NCBI GenBank assembly: GCA_963921275.4
Contig: OZ001293.3
Coordinates: 3,136,001 to 3,200,000, forward strand
Direction of reading: 5' to 3'
Length of the DNA: 64,000 bases
Source of the DNA: an uncultured Hormoscilla sp.
GTDB taxonomy: Bacteria; Cyanobacteriota; Cyanobacteriia; Cyanobacteriales; Desertifilaceae
How positions within the stretch are numbered: the stretch's first letter is position 1; each line of letters starts with the position of its first letter. The notes under the pieces were generated by a model. The model was not told where the DNA came from, did no database searches, and saw only the letters and a program-made list of their open reading frames with translations. Made by a program: the position numbers and the translations under genes. Shown piece by piece: positions 21,856 to 32,095 of this stretch.

Positions 21856-22782
21856 GTGCGATTCGTTCCGGCATAAGCCAGTAGGTGAAAGTCGGGTCTG
21901 GCTCTATCAGCCAGATAACTCTGGTTATCATGGGGGTTAAATTCCCTTTCCCCAGGTACGGGGGTCGAGGGTACTACCGGTCGGAGGTGCTACGGAGCCA
22001 CATCGCCGTGGTGCCTCCCGAGGACTTAAATGTAGGATAACTGGCAGCCTAAGCCGGTGACGCCGCTAGGAAAGATGCTAATGGTTAGAACAAGCGAACC
22101 TATGTAAACCTCGTTAACCAGAACCAGCGGAAGAAGGCTTATGCGCTTGCCCAAAAAGGGAAATGGTAGTTAGTATTAGCTCTTGCCTCTGGCTAATAAC
22201 GTACTCAAAGAACTCCCGGGGTATAGTAGGAACCTAAAAGCATCGTGAAATGATACTAGGGAACGAAGTAACCTCTCGTGAGCTGTCCCCATTTGGACAA
22301 GTTAGATGTAAAGCGCAAGCCACGAAGAAGAAGGATGTCCTAAGAAGCTAACGCCCAGGGTAATGCCTGTGGATATGCAGACGTAGGACGGATATGGTAA
22401 GACACCCTTGGGAAAAGTAACCTTAATGTCACAGAACTAGGGAGAAATTCCGAAAGTACGAATTTTGGATTCAAATCTTAGCCAGGTAAAGTTCAGAGCC
22501 CTTACGAAAAGCGGAAAGCAGAATGGGGAAGATGTTAGTAAAGAGCGGCGAGTATGGTTTGCTGAACTATCCTCCGCGAACCTTCCGCAGCTCAGTACTT
22601 AAACGGTCCAATAGGATTGACCATAAGGGGTAAAATTTCAAAGGGTAAGGGACAACGGGGGTAACCCCCAGTAATCCTACTGATGACAACAGCTTACCAA
22701 CCAGTAGCCGTGTGCGGTTCCAGTCGCTCTTCAGGTTTCGCTCTTGGAGGGTTGGGGAGTGATTCCCAGCTCGACCCCGACC
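21856..22782 (+). mobile_element. ORF-less group II intron (copy B), domain V degenerate
   Basis: GTGCG 5' end; EBS1 TGCCT vs exon AGGCA; DV/DVI ...GGAGGGTTGGGGAGTGATTCCCAGCTCGACCCCGACC. Confidence 0.9.
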
Positions 22783-23308
22783 AAGAGCTTCAACCCGATC
22801 GAGAATAGCAGCATAATCCAAAGGGTCGAAATTAGTTAGTCTCTGGGCCCACTCGCGACCGGGATGCAGTAAATCCCAAACTGAACGTTTCTGCTGGTAT
22901 CTTCCCCGACCCGGGTCGTGATTACCAAACCCGTCGATGATTTGATTCCACACAGGTTGGAAATGCCGAATCATCACCCCCTCTCCCCAAGATCCTAAAT
23001 CAACTTCCATCGCTACTACTTTAAACTCAAACTCACTAACTGAAAGACCATCGCCTTTTTCAATCGATCTTTTGTGTTCTCTCAATCTATTATAGAGATT
23101 TGATGTTCTTCTTTCAGTACTCCCCGTTCGGCGACCACCTGCTATTGCCTTACCCACATAGATGGGCAAGCAGCAGCGATCGGAGTTCGCTCTGCTGATA
23201 CAAGCGTAAAGTGGATTAGCACCGCGATAGTAAAGAGCATAAACTCCCACATATTGACTGAGTTCTGTCTTTAAATCCTCCATTTCCGTTAGAGAGTAGC
23301 AATCTTGT

Positions 23309-23340
23309 CGATCGCGCAGCGCGCGCGCCGAAGGCGATCG
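23309..23340. repeat. 26-bp HIP1-associated small dispersed repeat (SDR5-like) with duplicated CGATCG
   Basis: CGATCG cgcagcgcgcgcgccgaagg CGATCG; removal restores the host frame. Confidence 0.75.
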
Positions 23341-23358
23341 GAAAACTCCAGTAGATCG

Positions 23359-24555
23359 TCAGCGAGGGTCTTCGGGACTTGAAATATCTCTAGCATAGCT
23401 TAAAGTTATTTTAATGCGTTTAGCCAGTATCTCAGATAAGGTAACTGGAACGGCATTTCCTAGCTGACGCATTGCCTCCGTCCAAGCAACTGGAAACCGA
23501 TAGGAGTCGGGAAATGTTTGCAGTCTCGCAGCCTCGCGGACTGTAAAATACCGGACACTGCCATCAGTTAATCGCATCATGTTTTCTCCTCCTGGTACTC
23601 CGTGAACCCCTGCTTTCAAGGTTTTAGCTGGTTCGTCCAGGGGACTGCCTGTATGACCGGGATACTGTCTCGCACCGGGAACGAAATTATGATTTCCGAT
23701 ATCTTTAGCTTCCTCTTGCCTGGGGTCTGGTAAGTTGTCAATAGCGTCGCGGACTGTCAACCATCGCTGGCGATCGGGCGGGAATAATCTAGACTGTAAT
23801 TTTCGCTGCTGGGAGACTAGCTGAGGCGGTATTTCGGGAGGCGAGAGCGAGAACTGTTCCCAGTATTCTCTCGTTACCCACTGTGAATGCAATAGCGCTT
23901 CTTGGGAATGGGTTGGCTGAGGAAATGACCATTCTTGCTTCAGATCGGAACGGATCCCAATAATAAAAACCCGATCGCGCCTCTGGGGTACTCCGTAGTC
24001 AGCAGCGTTTAGCAGGCGGAAGGTGACATTATAGAAAAGACCGTCTTGCAAACCTTTTCTGTCATACTGCTTCAGGCGTAAGGCATGTTCGTTCCAGTGT
24101 TCTGAAGGGCGAATATGGATTTCTGGATAAGTCAGTTGCCAGATGAGGTACTGAAAATATTCAGCAAAGGATTTGCGTAGCAAACCTTTAACATTTTCTA
24201 CTAATAAAGCTTGCGGTTTTAACGAACGCACGGCGCGGATAAATTGGGGAAACATATCTCTTTTATCCTGGAAACTGCGATGAAGACCGCCATTAGAAAA
24301 TGGCTGACAGGGTGGTCCTCCAGCTAACAGAGCAATGTCATCAGTTATTGATGAAAAGTTAAACTGCGCGACATCGCACCTGGCGACTGCCATCTGCTCT
24401 CCAAACAGATCGTGCTTATTTTGAAGTAAGGTTTGGCAAGCTCGATCATTCCATTAAACTGCAAGTTTATGCTGAAAACCAGATCTATAAATTCCTAATG
24501 TTAAGCCTCCTGCACCTGCAAAAATATCAACTGATTTCATTGTTACTTTTTTCAT
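23359..24555 (-). pseudogene. DNA (cytosine-5) methyltransferase with a nonsense codon in motif II
   Basis: DIFAGAGG..KLAV*WN (TAA 24454-24456), GGPPCQPFS, ENV, PQRRDRVF, QLGNAVP. Confidence 0.9.
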
Positions 24556-25099
24556 TCATTATATCTCAATTATAACCTGTAAATTATAACCGCTCTGGCT
24601 GACAGCGAAGAGAGAAAGCAATTCCTTAGCTGCCATCTCCAATCAGAATAAACGGGGACCAAGACGAATGATGCTGGTACTTGTAAATCTGGGCAAGCTT
24701 CGCCTTTTGCAGCGCTTCCGCTTTGCTCATCTTCCAATCTTTCAGATTCTTGTAAAACTCCAGCATCATTTCCTTGGTGCTTTCGTCCTCCGCATTCCAG
24801 AGACTCGCCATCACCGCACCCGCACCCGCCCGTTCAAATAGATAGGCTAGTCCCGCTATTTCTTCCCCGTTGGAGTCCGCTTCCATTGCGGTTTGACAGG
24901 CGCTGAGGGCGATTAAGTCAACGTTTTCTAGTCCCAGTAGCGCCGCCCCCTAATGTTGAGTTTTCGATCGGCAAATAGCAAGCTATTCTCTTCCATCCGC
25001 AATTTGGGACAACCGCCCTTTTGAAAACAGCCGTGAGTCGCCAGATGCAGTAACTGAGACTGAGGTGCTTCCAGCTTGAAGGCTGACAGGGTGGCGTTT

Positions 25100-25273
25100 C
25101 GATGTCTCCGGAGTAGTGCGAGTTCGGTGTCCACCGGGTAGTGCGAATACGATGTCTCCCGGGTAGTGCGGTTACGATGTCTCTTGGGTAGTGCGACTAG
25201 CGCTCCCAAGAGACATCGAGCGACCAGGAGACATCGAGCGATAGGGGACACCGAAAGCTCTCCGGAGACATCG
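25100..25273. repeat. 174-bp composite micro-repeat with 14-bp terminal inverted repeats, inserted in frame
   Basis: CGATGTCTCCGGAG...CTCCGGAGACATCG; removal gives LLGKNATLSAF. Confidence 0.85.
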
Positions 25274-25348
25274 TTGCCGAGAAGCAATTTTTCGGCCATG
25301 ATTTCATTAATTTTTCTGGCTTCTTCCTCAGCCCCTGGCAGATGTTGC

Positions 25349-26593
25349 GGGTGCATCTCACTTTTGCATCTGTGACTCATCATAGATAAATATCTATGAT
25401 GAGTCTTCGATATTTATCTAATAAAAACTTGCAGTCTTTTGGATATTTATACATTATCTATGATAGATTGAAGTCATTTTCTTGCTGCTATGAACCCAGA
25501 ACAACTTTTTGATATGGAGGAATTTGAAATTGACGAATGTATAGACAAAAAAAAATTTGGCTCTACTGGTAAAAATTTTCCAAGGAAAATTTTTAAGATT
25601 TAGAAATTGAACGATTTTCTGCTCGAAAGAGTGGGTTCAGAACTCACAAATTATTGAATACGGGAATAAAAACAGGAAAAAAACGTCAATTGACAACAGG
25701 GAAAGATATCAATCACCAATCGACAAGCTAATTATTTTGAAGTCTCATGTGAAATCCAGTCCCAAAATGGAGAAAAATGCTATGTTAATTTGTGCGAATG
25801 AATCTTATCAAAAGATGATTTAGCAGAGCTCACGGGAATAAAAATTAGTCATAGTACATTACATAGATTAGTTCAAAGGCAGGATGTTGCCAACATCAGT
25901 ATTGGGAGTGAAAGAAGTCGCATGGAGGAAAAGCAAGGATTAGAACAGAAGAAAAAGGACAAGCTTGTGAATGGAAAGATTATAAAGCAGTCAGTGGGAT
26001 ATATTGCGGAGCATTTTTTCAAGCCAACTGGGTAAATTGTCAAAAACTTTTGGCTCCATTTTATTGTCTAGGAGATGGACATGCAGGAATTTGGAAATTA
26101 TTTAAACAGATAGGCGAACCAGGCAAGAGAAGAGAAATATTAGATTGGTATCATCTCAAGGAAAATCTTCATAAAGTAGGAGGCTACGAGGATAAAAAAA
26201 GCTAAAAATCTCCTCTGGTCGGGAAAAGTTGATGAAACAATACTATTATTCAATCGGATCAAAAAGAAACTCATAATTTATGTAATTATTTAGAAAAACA
26301 TCGTTCTCGAATAATTGATTATCAGTATTATCAGTTAGAATCAGTGAGTTCTATCGGTTCTGGTTCAATAGAATCAGTGATTAAACGTATTGGAACACGG
26401 ATAAAAATTTCAGGGGCTCAATGGAATATATCCAACCTTCTCCAAATACTTTCTTGACGTTGTGCTTATATAAATGGGGCCCTTTCTACATGATGTTTTT
26501 GCAAAAGTAAGATGCATCCTTGGCAAAAGCCAATAAATTTTATCATAGATAAAAGTCTATGATAGGTCACAGATGCAAAAGTGAGATGCACCC
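25349..26593 (+). mobile_element. ISKra4-family element, transposase decayed
   Basis: TIRs GGGTGCATCTCACTTTTGCA; 8-bp TSD GATGTTGC; remnants LDWYHLKENL and IGSGSIES. Confidence 0.88.
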
Positions 26594-26794
26594 GATGTTG
26601 CGATCCTGAAGGAACGGGATTTCCTAAGGCTAAGACTCTCGCGGGCGAGGACGCCTGTCTGAGGTCGGGTTTCTCCCTGGCGGAAATGCGGGTGCGATAG
26701 GAAATGGGATATTTCTCGATCGGGTATTGCTCCGTTTCGCTGTCGTACAGGGTTTCAAAGCATCGACTACCGCACGGATTTCTATTCCCTGGGA

Positions 26795-27395
26795 GTGACG
26801 TTTTTTGAACTCCTGACCGGACAATTGCCCTTTTCAAGCCAGGATCCAATGGAGTTAGTGCATTGTCACATTGCCCAGGGGGTGCAGTTTCCAGCAGACA
26901 GTCAAGTGGACGAGGTGGTGCAAGGGATTGTACTCAAGTTGATGGCGAAAAATGCCTCAGACCGCTATCAAAGTGCCTTGGGTTTGAAGCACGATCTAGA
27001 GCGATGTCTGCAACAGTTGGAAAGCACTGTGCAAATTACCCCATTTTCCCTTGGCCAGCGGGATATGTGCTCACGCTTTATCATTCCCGAAAAACTCTAC
27101 GGACGGGAAGCAGAAGTTCAAACCTTACTAGATGCCTTCGAGCCCGTGGCGAATGGGGCAAGGTCAATGATGCTAGTAGCAGGATTTTCCGGAATTGGCA
27201 AAACTGCTGTAGTCTCAGAGGTGCATAAGCCGATCGTGCGCCAGCGGGGCTACTTCATCAAAGGCAAGTTCGACCAGTTAAATCGCAACATTCCCTTTAG
27301 TGCGTTCATCCAAGCCTTCCGCAGTTTGATGGGTCAATTGCTCGGCTCATCCGATGCAGAACTCGCGAATTGGAAGACCAAAATCATGGAAGCGC
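26795..27395 (+). pseudogene. fragment of Ser/Thr kinase-AAA ATPase-sensor protein
   Basis: ELLTGQLPF, DRYQSALGL, KLYGRE, GFSGIGKT; truncated at both ends. Confidence 0.85.
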
Positions 27396-27398
27396 TAG

Positions 27399-29303
27399 AG
27401 CGTCGGTCCAGTAGAAGTAGTTGACAAATCAATCAAAATCTGGTCTGACTCAACCAAGTCTTAAATTTTCTGCAGTTTGCTCTTGAGTTGTTACTGGCAT
27501 CCTAGCAAAAACATGAAGATTATGTACAACAGCCAGGCGCCGTAGAGCCAAGAGATTCGTGATGTATCCAAGATAACGCGCGCGCTCGCCCTGCCACTGA
27601 CCGATGTGAGCTTCGATATCCCCCAGAAGGGACGCCCATGGCTGCGCCACGCTACGCGATAGTCGCACTACCCCAGAGATATCGAGGCTATGTTCTACCG
27701 TTACTCGCTCTCGTAGTTTTGAACGACCATTAGGTGTTTTTTGACCTTCCAGTATCACTTGACATGGGTGATAATATAATAGATCACGCTATGTCAAGTG
27801 ATACTGCCACGTAATTCTTGCAATAGAGACTCATCGGGATGAAGAGAAACTGTGCGACCTTTGCTGTTAGTAGTGCATTGAGAACGTCAGGGACAAATCT
27901 CACACTTGTCGCGAGGAAACTGAACCCTTTTTCCTTCCTCAAAAGTTACAGCTACTCCATTAGGACAGCGAATTAATTGTTTTTCCCAGTCGATAACGAA
28001 AGCTGTTCGATCAAAAAACTCACCGTTGCGTACCCGCCAAGCCTTGCCAATTATTGTTAAATCATCGTCGCGTTCTTTAACAAAATGACTGTTAAGATAT
28101 CCTCGAGCTATATGGAATTCTTCTAATGTTACTTGTTGGGCTTCTAAATCAGAAGCGCTCGCTTCTGTAACACTTGATTCAGGAATATTGGCTGGTGTCA
28201 CACCCACTGCTCGCACTAAGCCTGAGTCTAAATCCTTAATAATATGACGTTTGTAACGATCAAACCTTTGACTACGGCTTTTTCGTCCATGACGCATTTG
28301 TAAGTCTTCAATTGCAATGCGCCGCTCTTTAGCTACGCCCTTACGAAGCTTTGGGTCGCCTTCTTCTGTAACCTCCACATCTTGCGCTTCAACTTATCTT
28401 GCTGCTTCCAGACTTTTGTTGACAGCAATCATAGTTGGGTCATCCAAGTTATCTTGTTGTTCAACCCACGATTCAACTTGAGCAAGTAATTGAAGAATCG
28501 TTGTTAAAGCTTCTGTTCTTGCTTGTGGATCATTCCAATCCTTATCTAAAGCTGCTTTGAGACTTAACCCAGTCATAATAGAAGCTCCTAATTGTGAGGC
28601 GATCGTCTCATACTCTTGCTGCTGTTGACGAGCAATTAATTCTAATGCTTTTCGCAGTGACTCAATAGGTTGTAAGTATCTTCGACTCTTGCTGCTCCCC
28701 ACAAAGGACTTGAATCTTGTTGCTCTCAAGGTTCGCGAACTGAATCCCCCTTTTTGCTCGACCATTTCTATTGTGCGTTCCAATAAACGGCGATCGCCTT
28801 TGGATGCAATCAAAGCAGCACGAAATCTGACAAGTGTTCCTTTGCCAAAAGGTGCGCGATCGCAGTCTATGCAATTCTTAACCAATTGCCACCATCTGTC
28901 CAGGCTCAGAGCTTCTATGAGCTCATCATCTGAAATCCCAGTGTAAGCCTGTAAAATGATAGCTAATGCTAGTTGAGCTGGCTGTGTCCCTCGGGTAGTG
29001 CGAGTAGCGCTCTCGGGGGACACAGTGGAACTGGACATAAACCAACTGTGCTGTCTTTATATATAGTTGCTAGTTCACGCATGAAATTGCTCTGAAAATA
29101 ATTCATGACGTATCTCTCTTAAAATTATGAATAGTTTAGCTTTTCGTATCCGATTGGCCACTTGCTGTTCAGCGTCAGAAAGTTCAATTGGGGGATTCCA
29201 GAGGACTGGACGCATATGTGTACTCCTGCTTACATATTTAGATATTTTTCTAGTATATACACATTTTCGTTTTTTTGTCAACCCCCTCTACTGGACTGAC
29301 GCT
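27399..29303 (-). mobile_element. IS1182-family element, transposase pseudogene
   Basis: TIRs AGCGTCGGTCCAGTAG / CTACTGGACTGACGCT flanked by CTAG; MRPVLWNPP..MRHGRKS..RERVTVEHSL fragments. Confidence 0.85.
27750..27806. repeat. 57-bp hairpin CAGTATCACTTGACAT...ATGTCAAGTGATACTG inside the IS1182 transposase
   Basis: 16-bp perfect inverted repeat; related copy at 60247-60297. Confidence 0.8.
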
Positions 29304-29307
29304 CTAG

Positions 29308-29495
29308 GGCAAGATCGCGTAATCTTTACTCACGACGCTGATTTTTTGAGGCTGCATCAACAAGGAGTTGCACATGCAGGTATTGTTTATTCTCGTCCAG
29401 GTCGTCGTTCAATTGGAGAAATTTTACGTACTCTCATCCGGATCTGGGAGTCCCAAACACCATCTTCTATGTACCGACATGTTGAGTTTATTTAG
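29308..29495 (+). pseudogene. DUF5615 PIN-like C-terminal fragment
   Basis: RVIFTHDADFL..HAGIVY; 5' part lost at the IS end. Confidence 0.75.
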
Positions 29496-29657
29496 GATCG
29501 CCTTCTCCCTCGCGCCTCCTTCGCACCGGAACAGAGATCGCCAGATCGGGTGCCGCCCGTGCAGCCCGATCGCCCCCCTGACAGCTATAGGTTATTGACA
29601 ATTGACAAGTGACCCAGAAACCCGGTACGCGCTCGAGTTACCGAGTTCCTTAGTCCA

Positions 29658-30021
29658 TCAACCCGAGCGCAGTCCCACGCGACCTAGTTCCACAATTACT
29701 AGCTTACCTGGAATCTGTTCGACAATCTCCTTTTGTTCGATAAACATCGATAACAATTCCAAAATTACCGCTGCAGATGCATTTCCCGCTATTGCTAGAA
29801 CTACTATTCCTGCATACTCTGCGGGAGGATAGTTGCGAATGTCAGCAAAATCAAAATCTCCTGTGAGAATACTCCACCCACCAGCACGAGCATATTCGGC
29901 AATTTGGATGTCTTCCGCTCCTCTTAAGCCAACCCATGCGGACATCAATAGCTTCATGGGAATACTGTCTTAATAAGTTAGCTGTGGAACGAGGCAGATC
30001 CTCATCAATCAAAAATCTCAC
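29658..30021 (-). pseudogene. DUF5615 PIN-like toxin, frameshifted
   Basis: MRFLIDEDLPRS start; ILTGDFDFADI..YAGIVVL. Confidence 0.75.
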
Positions 30022-30023
30022 AG

Positions 30024-30258
30024 TTATCCTCCTACGGCTACCAGAGGATAAACTTTTTCTTTCTCAATCAATTCCGCTGCTAATCTTTGAGCTGCGAAAA
30101 TATCTTCTTCGGTCACTTCATATTCCATGCACACTTCCTATGCAAGTCATTCCTGCTGCCAACCCACCTACTATGCGGGTTATGGGAATTCTGGTTCCCC
30201 TAATTATTGGCTTGCCTGGGTGGATTTTTGGATCTATTATTATGCGCTGCTCATTCAT
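30024..30258 (-). pseudogene. DUF433 antitoxin, frameshifted
   Basis: IIIDPKIHPGKPIIRGTRIPI. Confidence 0.7.
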
Positions 30259-30685
30259 CTACTCTTATCTCCCATAGTTGTTACTGCGCAACTCGATCGA
30301 CTACTCTGACTTGACCAAACGTTTTATCGCTGATATTTCTACTGTACCACTTTTTTGCCTGATCGCACCCCCTCACCCCTCCGATCGCGCCTCCGGACAC
30401 CGGTAGGGGCACGGCATCAGAAATTGTCGGTTGATTGCAAATTTTCCTGTCGCCGTGCCCCGGCTGTTTATTCCCGATCGCATCCCCATGAAAGCCCGAT
30501 CTCATTTTCCCGGTGTACGGCCTATTTGACATTTTCATCTCCACCGAAACCTCTGGTATGCCGTACACATACAACCGGTATTCTATTCTATTTTATTTTT
30601 TGATGCGATCGCCCCTTTCCCCGTTCCCGTAGCGAAGCCTGTGCCGCCCCCCGACGGGGCGATCGCACCTGTTCATGAGACTAAT

Positions 30686-30916
30686 TCAACTTGCAAGATT
30701 TAATATCTTTGCTTGCGCTGATTCAAGAATTACATCTCTAATAAAAGAACTTGCCTGAATAATCTCGATTCCGATTAATTCTCCTGCTTCATTTAATTCG
30801 GCAGTTATATTGGGCATAATTTCTACTGTCCCTGCTTCTGGTTCGTCAGAAAGATTGATATGCAGGATGTCTTCTTTCTCGAAGTATCTCATTTTCGCAT
30901 TATTCATTTTATTCAT
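30686..30916 (-). CDS. DUF2283 antitoxin-like protein
   Basis: YFEKEDILHINLSD..ELNEAGELIGIEI. Confidence 0.8.
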   Translation of the reverse strand: MNKMNNAKMRYFEKEDILHINLSDEPEAGTVEIMPNITAELNEAGELIGIEIIQASSFIRDVILESAQAKILNLAS

Positions 30917-31028
30917 TTATCGTAAACCTCCCGGTTTTTACACGAAATCGTATTTGTTGGCGGGTTGTACCATGAATAGTTACAGGTATAATTTCTTTGT
31001 CGTCGATATCATAAGGAATTATAACTAA
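30910..31028 (-). pseudogene. C-terminal remnant of the toxin partner of DUF2283
   Basis: VIIPYDIDDKEIIPVTIHGTTRQQIRFR. Confidence 0.5.
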
Positions 31029-31049
31029 TATATTGTCATGTTTGCCAAC

Positions 31050-31741
31050 GGCGATCTCCCTACCTGTAACGCACCCACATATACGAATCCGCCACCAGCA
31101 GCGATGTGCAAGCGCCCAAAGGTCGGACGATTTTCTATCACCAGTGTATCGACCGCTTCCGTCAGTCTCTCACTCAACTGAATTTTATTGATAGTCTGGG
31201 GAGAAGTCCCTGAGCGAGAAATCGTGTATAGGAAGTTATCTGCGATCGCCATGTCATCAATGTTGTCACCAGAATATTGACGCTGAGTGATAATTTCACC
31301 TGTTAGCAAATCAACGATAACTATCTCATCGCTAGAGGCTACATAAGCCAAACCATCATTCGCTTCTAGATAGTTTGCAGCTATATTTACTGTCTGGGTT
31401 GGTGTTGGGAGCATCGGGTCAGACACATCCACCAACTGCAACCAGCCACTATTGCTAGCTATAGCAGCAATTAGCAAGTTAGCATCAACTGCCACATCTG
31501 TCGCATCACCCGATAAATCAAGTTGACCGAGGACAATGGGGTTATCGAACTGGGAAGCATCTACGATAGCTAGTCCGTGAGAACCTGTAGCAACGTAGGC
31601 AGTTTGTTCCTCGGCGTTGAGAGTTGAGCCTTTGACGATAACTTCCCTTGCTTCACCCTCTAGAGGCAAACTGGAGATAATACCTGTTGGGAAGGCATGA
31701 CCTCCTAACGGGTCAAGTCCTTGCTGAATTTCTGCTAGATC
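31050..31741 (-). pseudogene. internal fragment of a large LVIVD-repeat surface protein
   Basis: AYVATGSHGLAIVD, LQLVDVSDP repeats; both ends truncated. Confidence 0.7.
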
Positions 31742-31847
31742 ATCGATTGACTTGCGCTTTAAGGCATTATTGGTGTCATACCGTTACCATCGTGCAGCAC
31801 TTCCCAAGGCAAGTGAGCGAGTTTTTCCGCTGCGGATATGGCTAATA

Positions 31848-32092
31848 TACTTTGAAATCGATTGACTTGCGCTTTAAGGCATTATTGGTGTCATTGCGAG
31901 GGGGGCTCTTCTTCGCAGTAACTTCGTCAGCACAACAGGAAGACCCCCCGAAGCAATCTCCCACCCCGCAGGACCGCCGGAGATTGCTTCGGGGGGAGTT
32001 ACTCCTACAGCACAAGGATCTCTCAATTATCCCCCCTCGCAATGACAATTCTTTACTGTCCCAAAAAGCGCAGTTTCTCACCGTTCGGAGTA
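31848..32092. mobile_element. 245-bp MITE with TA duplication, containing a nested GTCATTGCGAG/GAAGCAATC palindrome
   Basis: TA|TACTTTGAA...TTCGGAGTA|TA; removal restores the host frame. Confidence 0.75.
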
Positions 32093-32095
32093 TAT

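Larger units (their letters stand above)
21820..23396 (-). pseudogene. Eco29kI/Cfr42I-family GIY-YIG restriction endonuclease, broken by a 26-bp insertion and an antisense intron
   Basis: GVYALYY, IYVGKA, LYNRLREH, PVWNQIIDGFGNHDPGRGRY; deleting the 26-bp insert restores MLEIFQVP..FSDRQDCYSLTEMED. Confidence 0.88.
24626..26790 (-). pseudogene. CHAT-domain protein remnant, hit by ISKra4 and a micro-repeat
   Basis: VLALGNP, LPGAEEEA, LHLATHG, LSACQTA, ASLWNAED, WSPFILIGDG. Confidence 0.85.

Noticed and set aside
22567..22782. Genuine C-terminal extension of the restriction enzyme
   Set aside because: It is antisense read-through into intron domains V-VI; the same peptide appears in ORF 52271..52723
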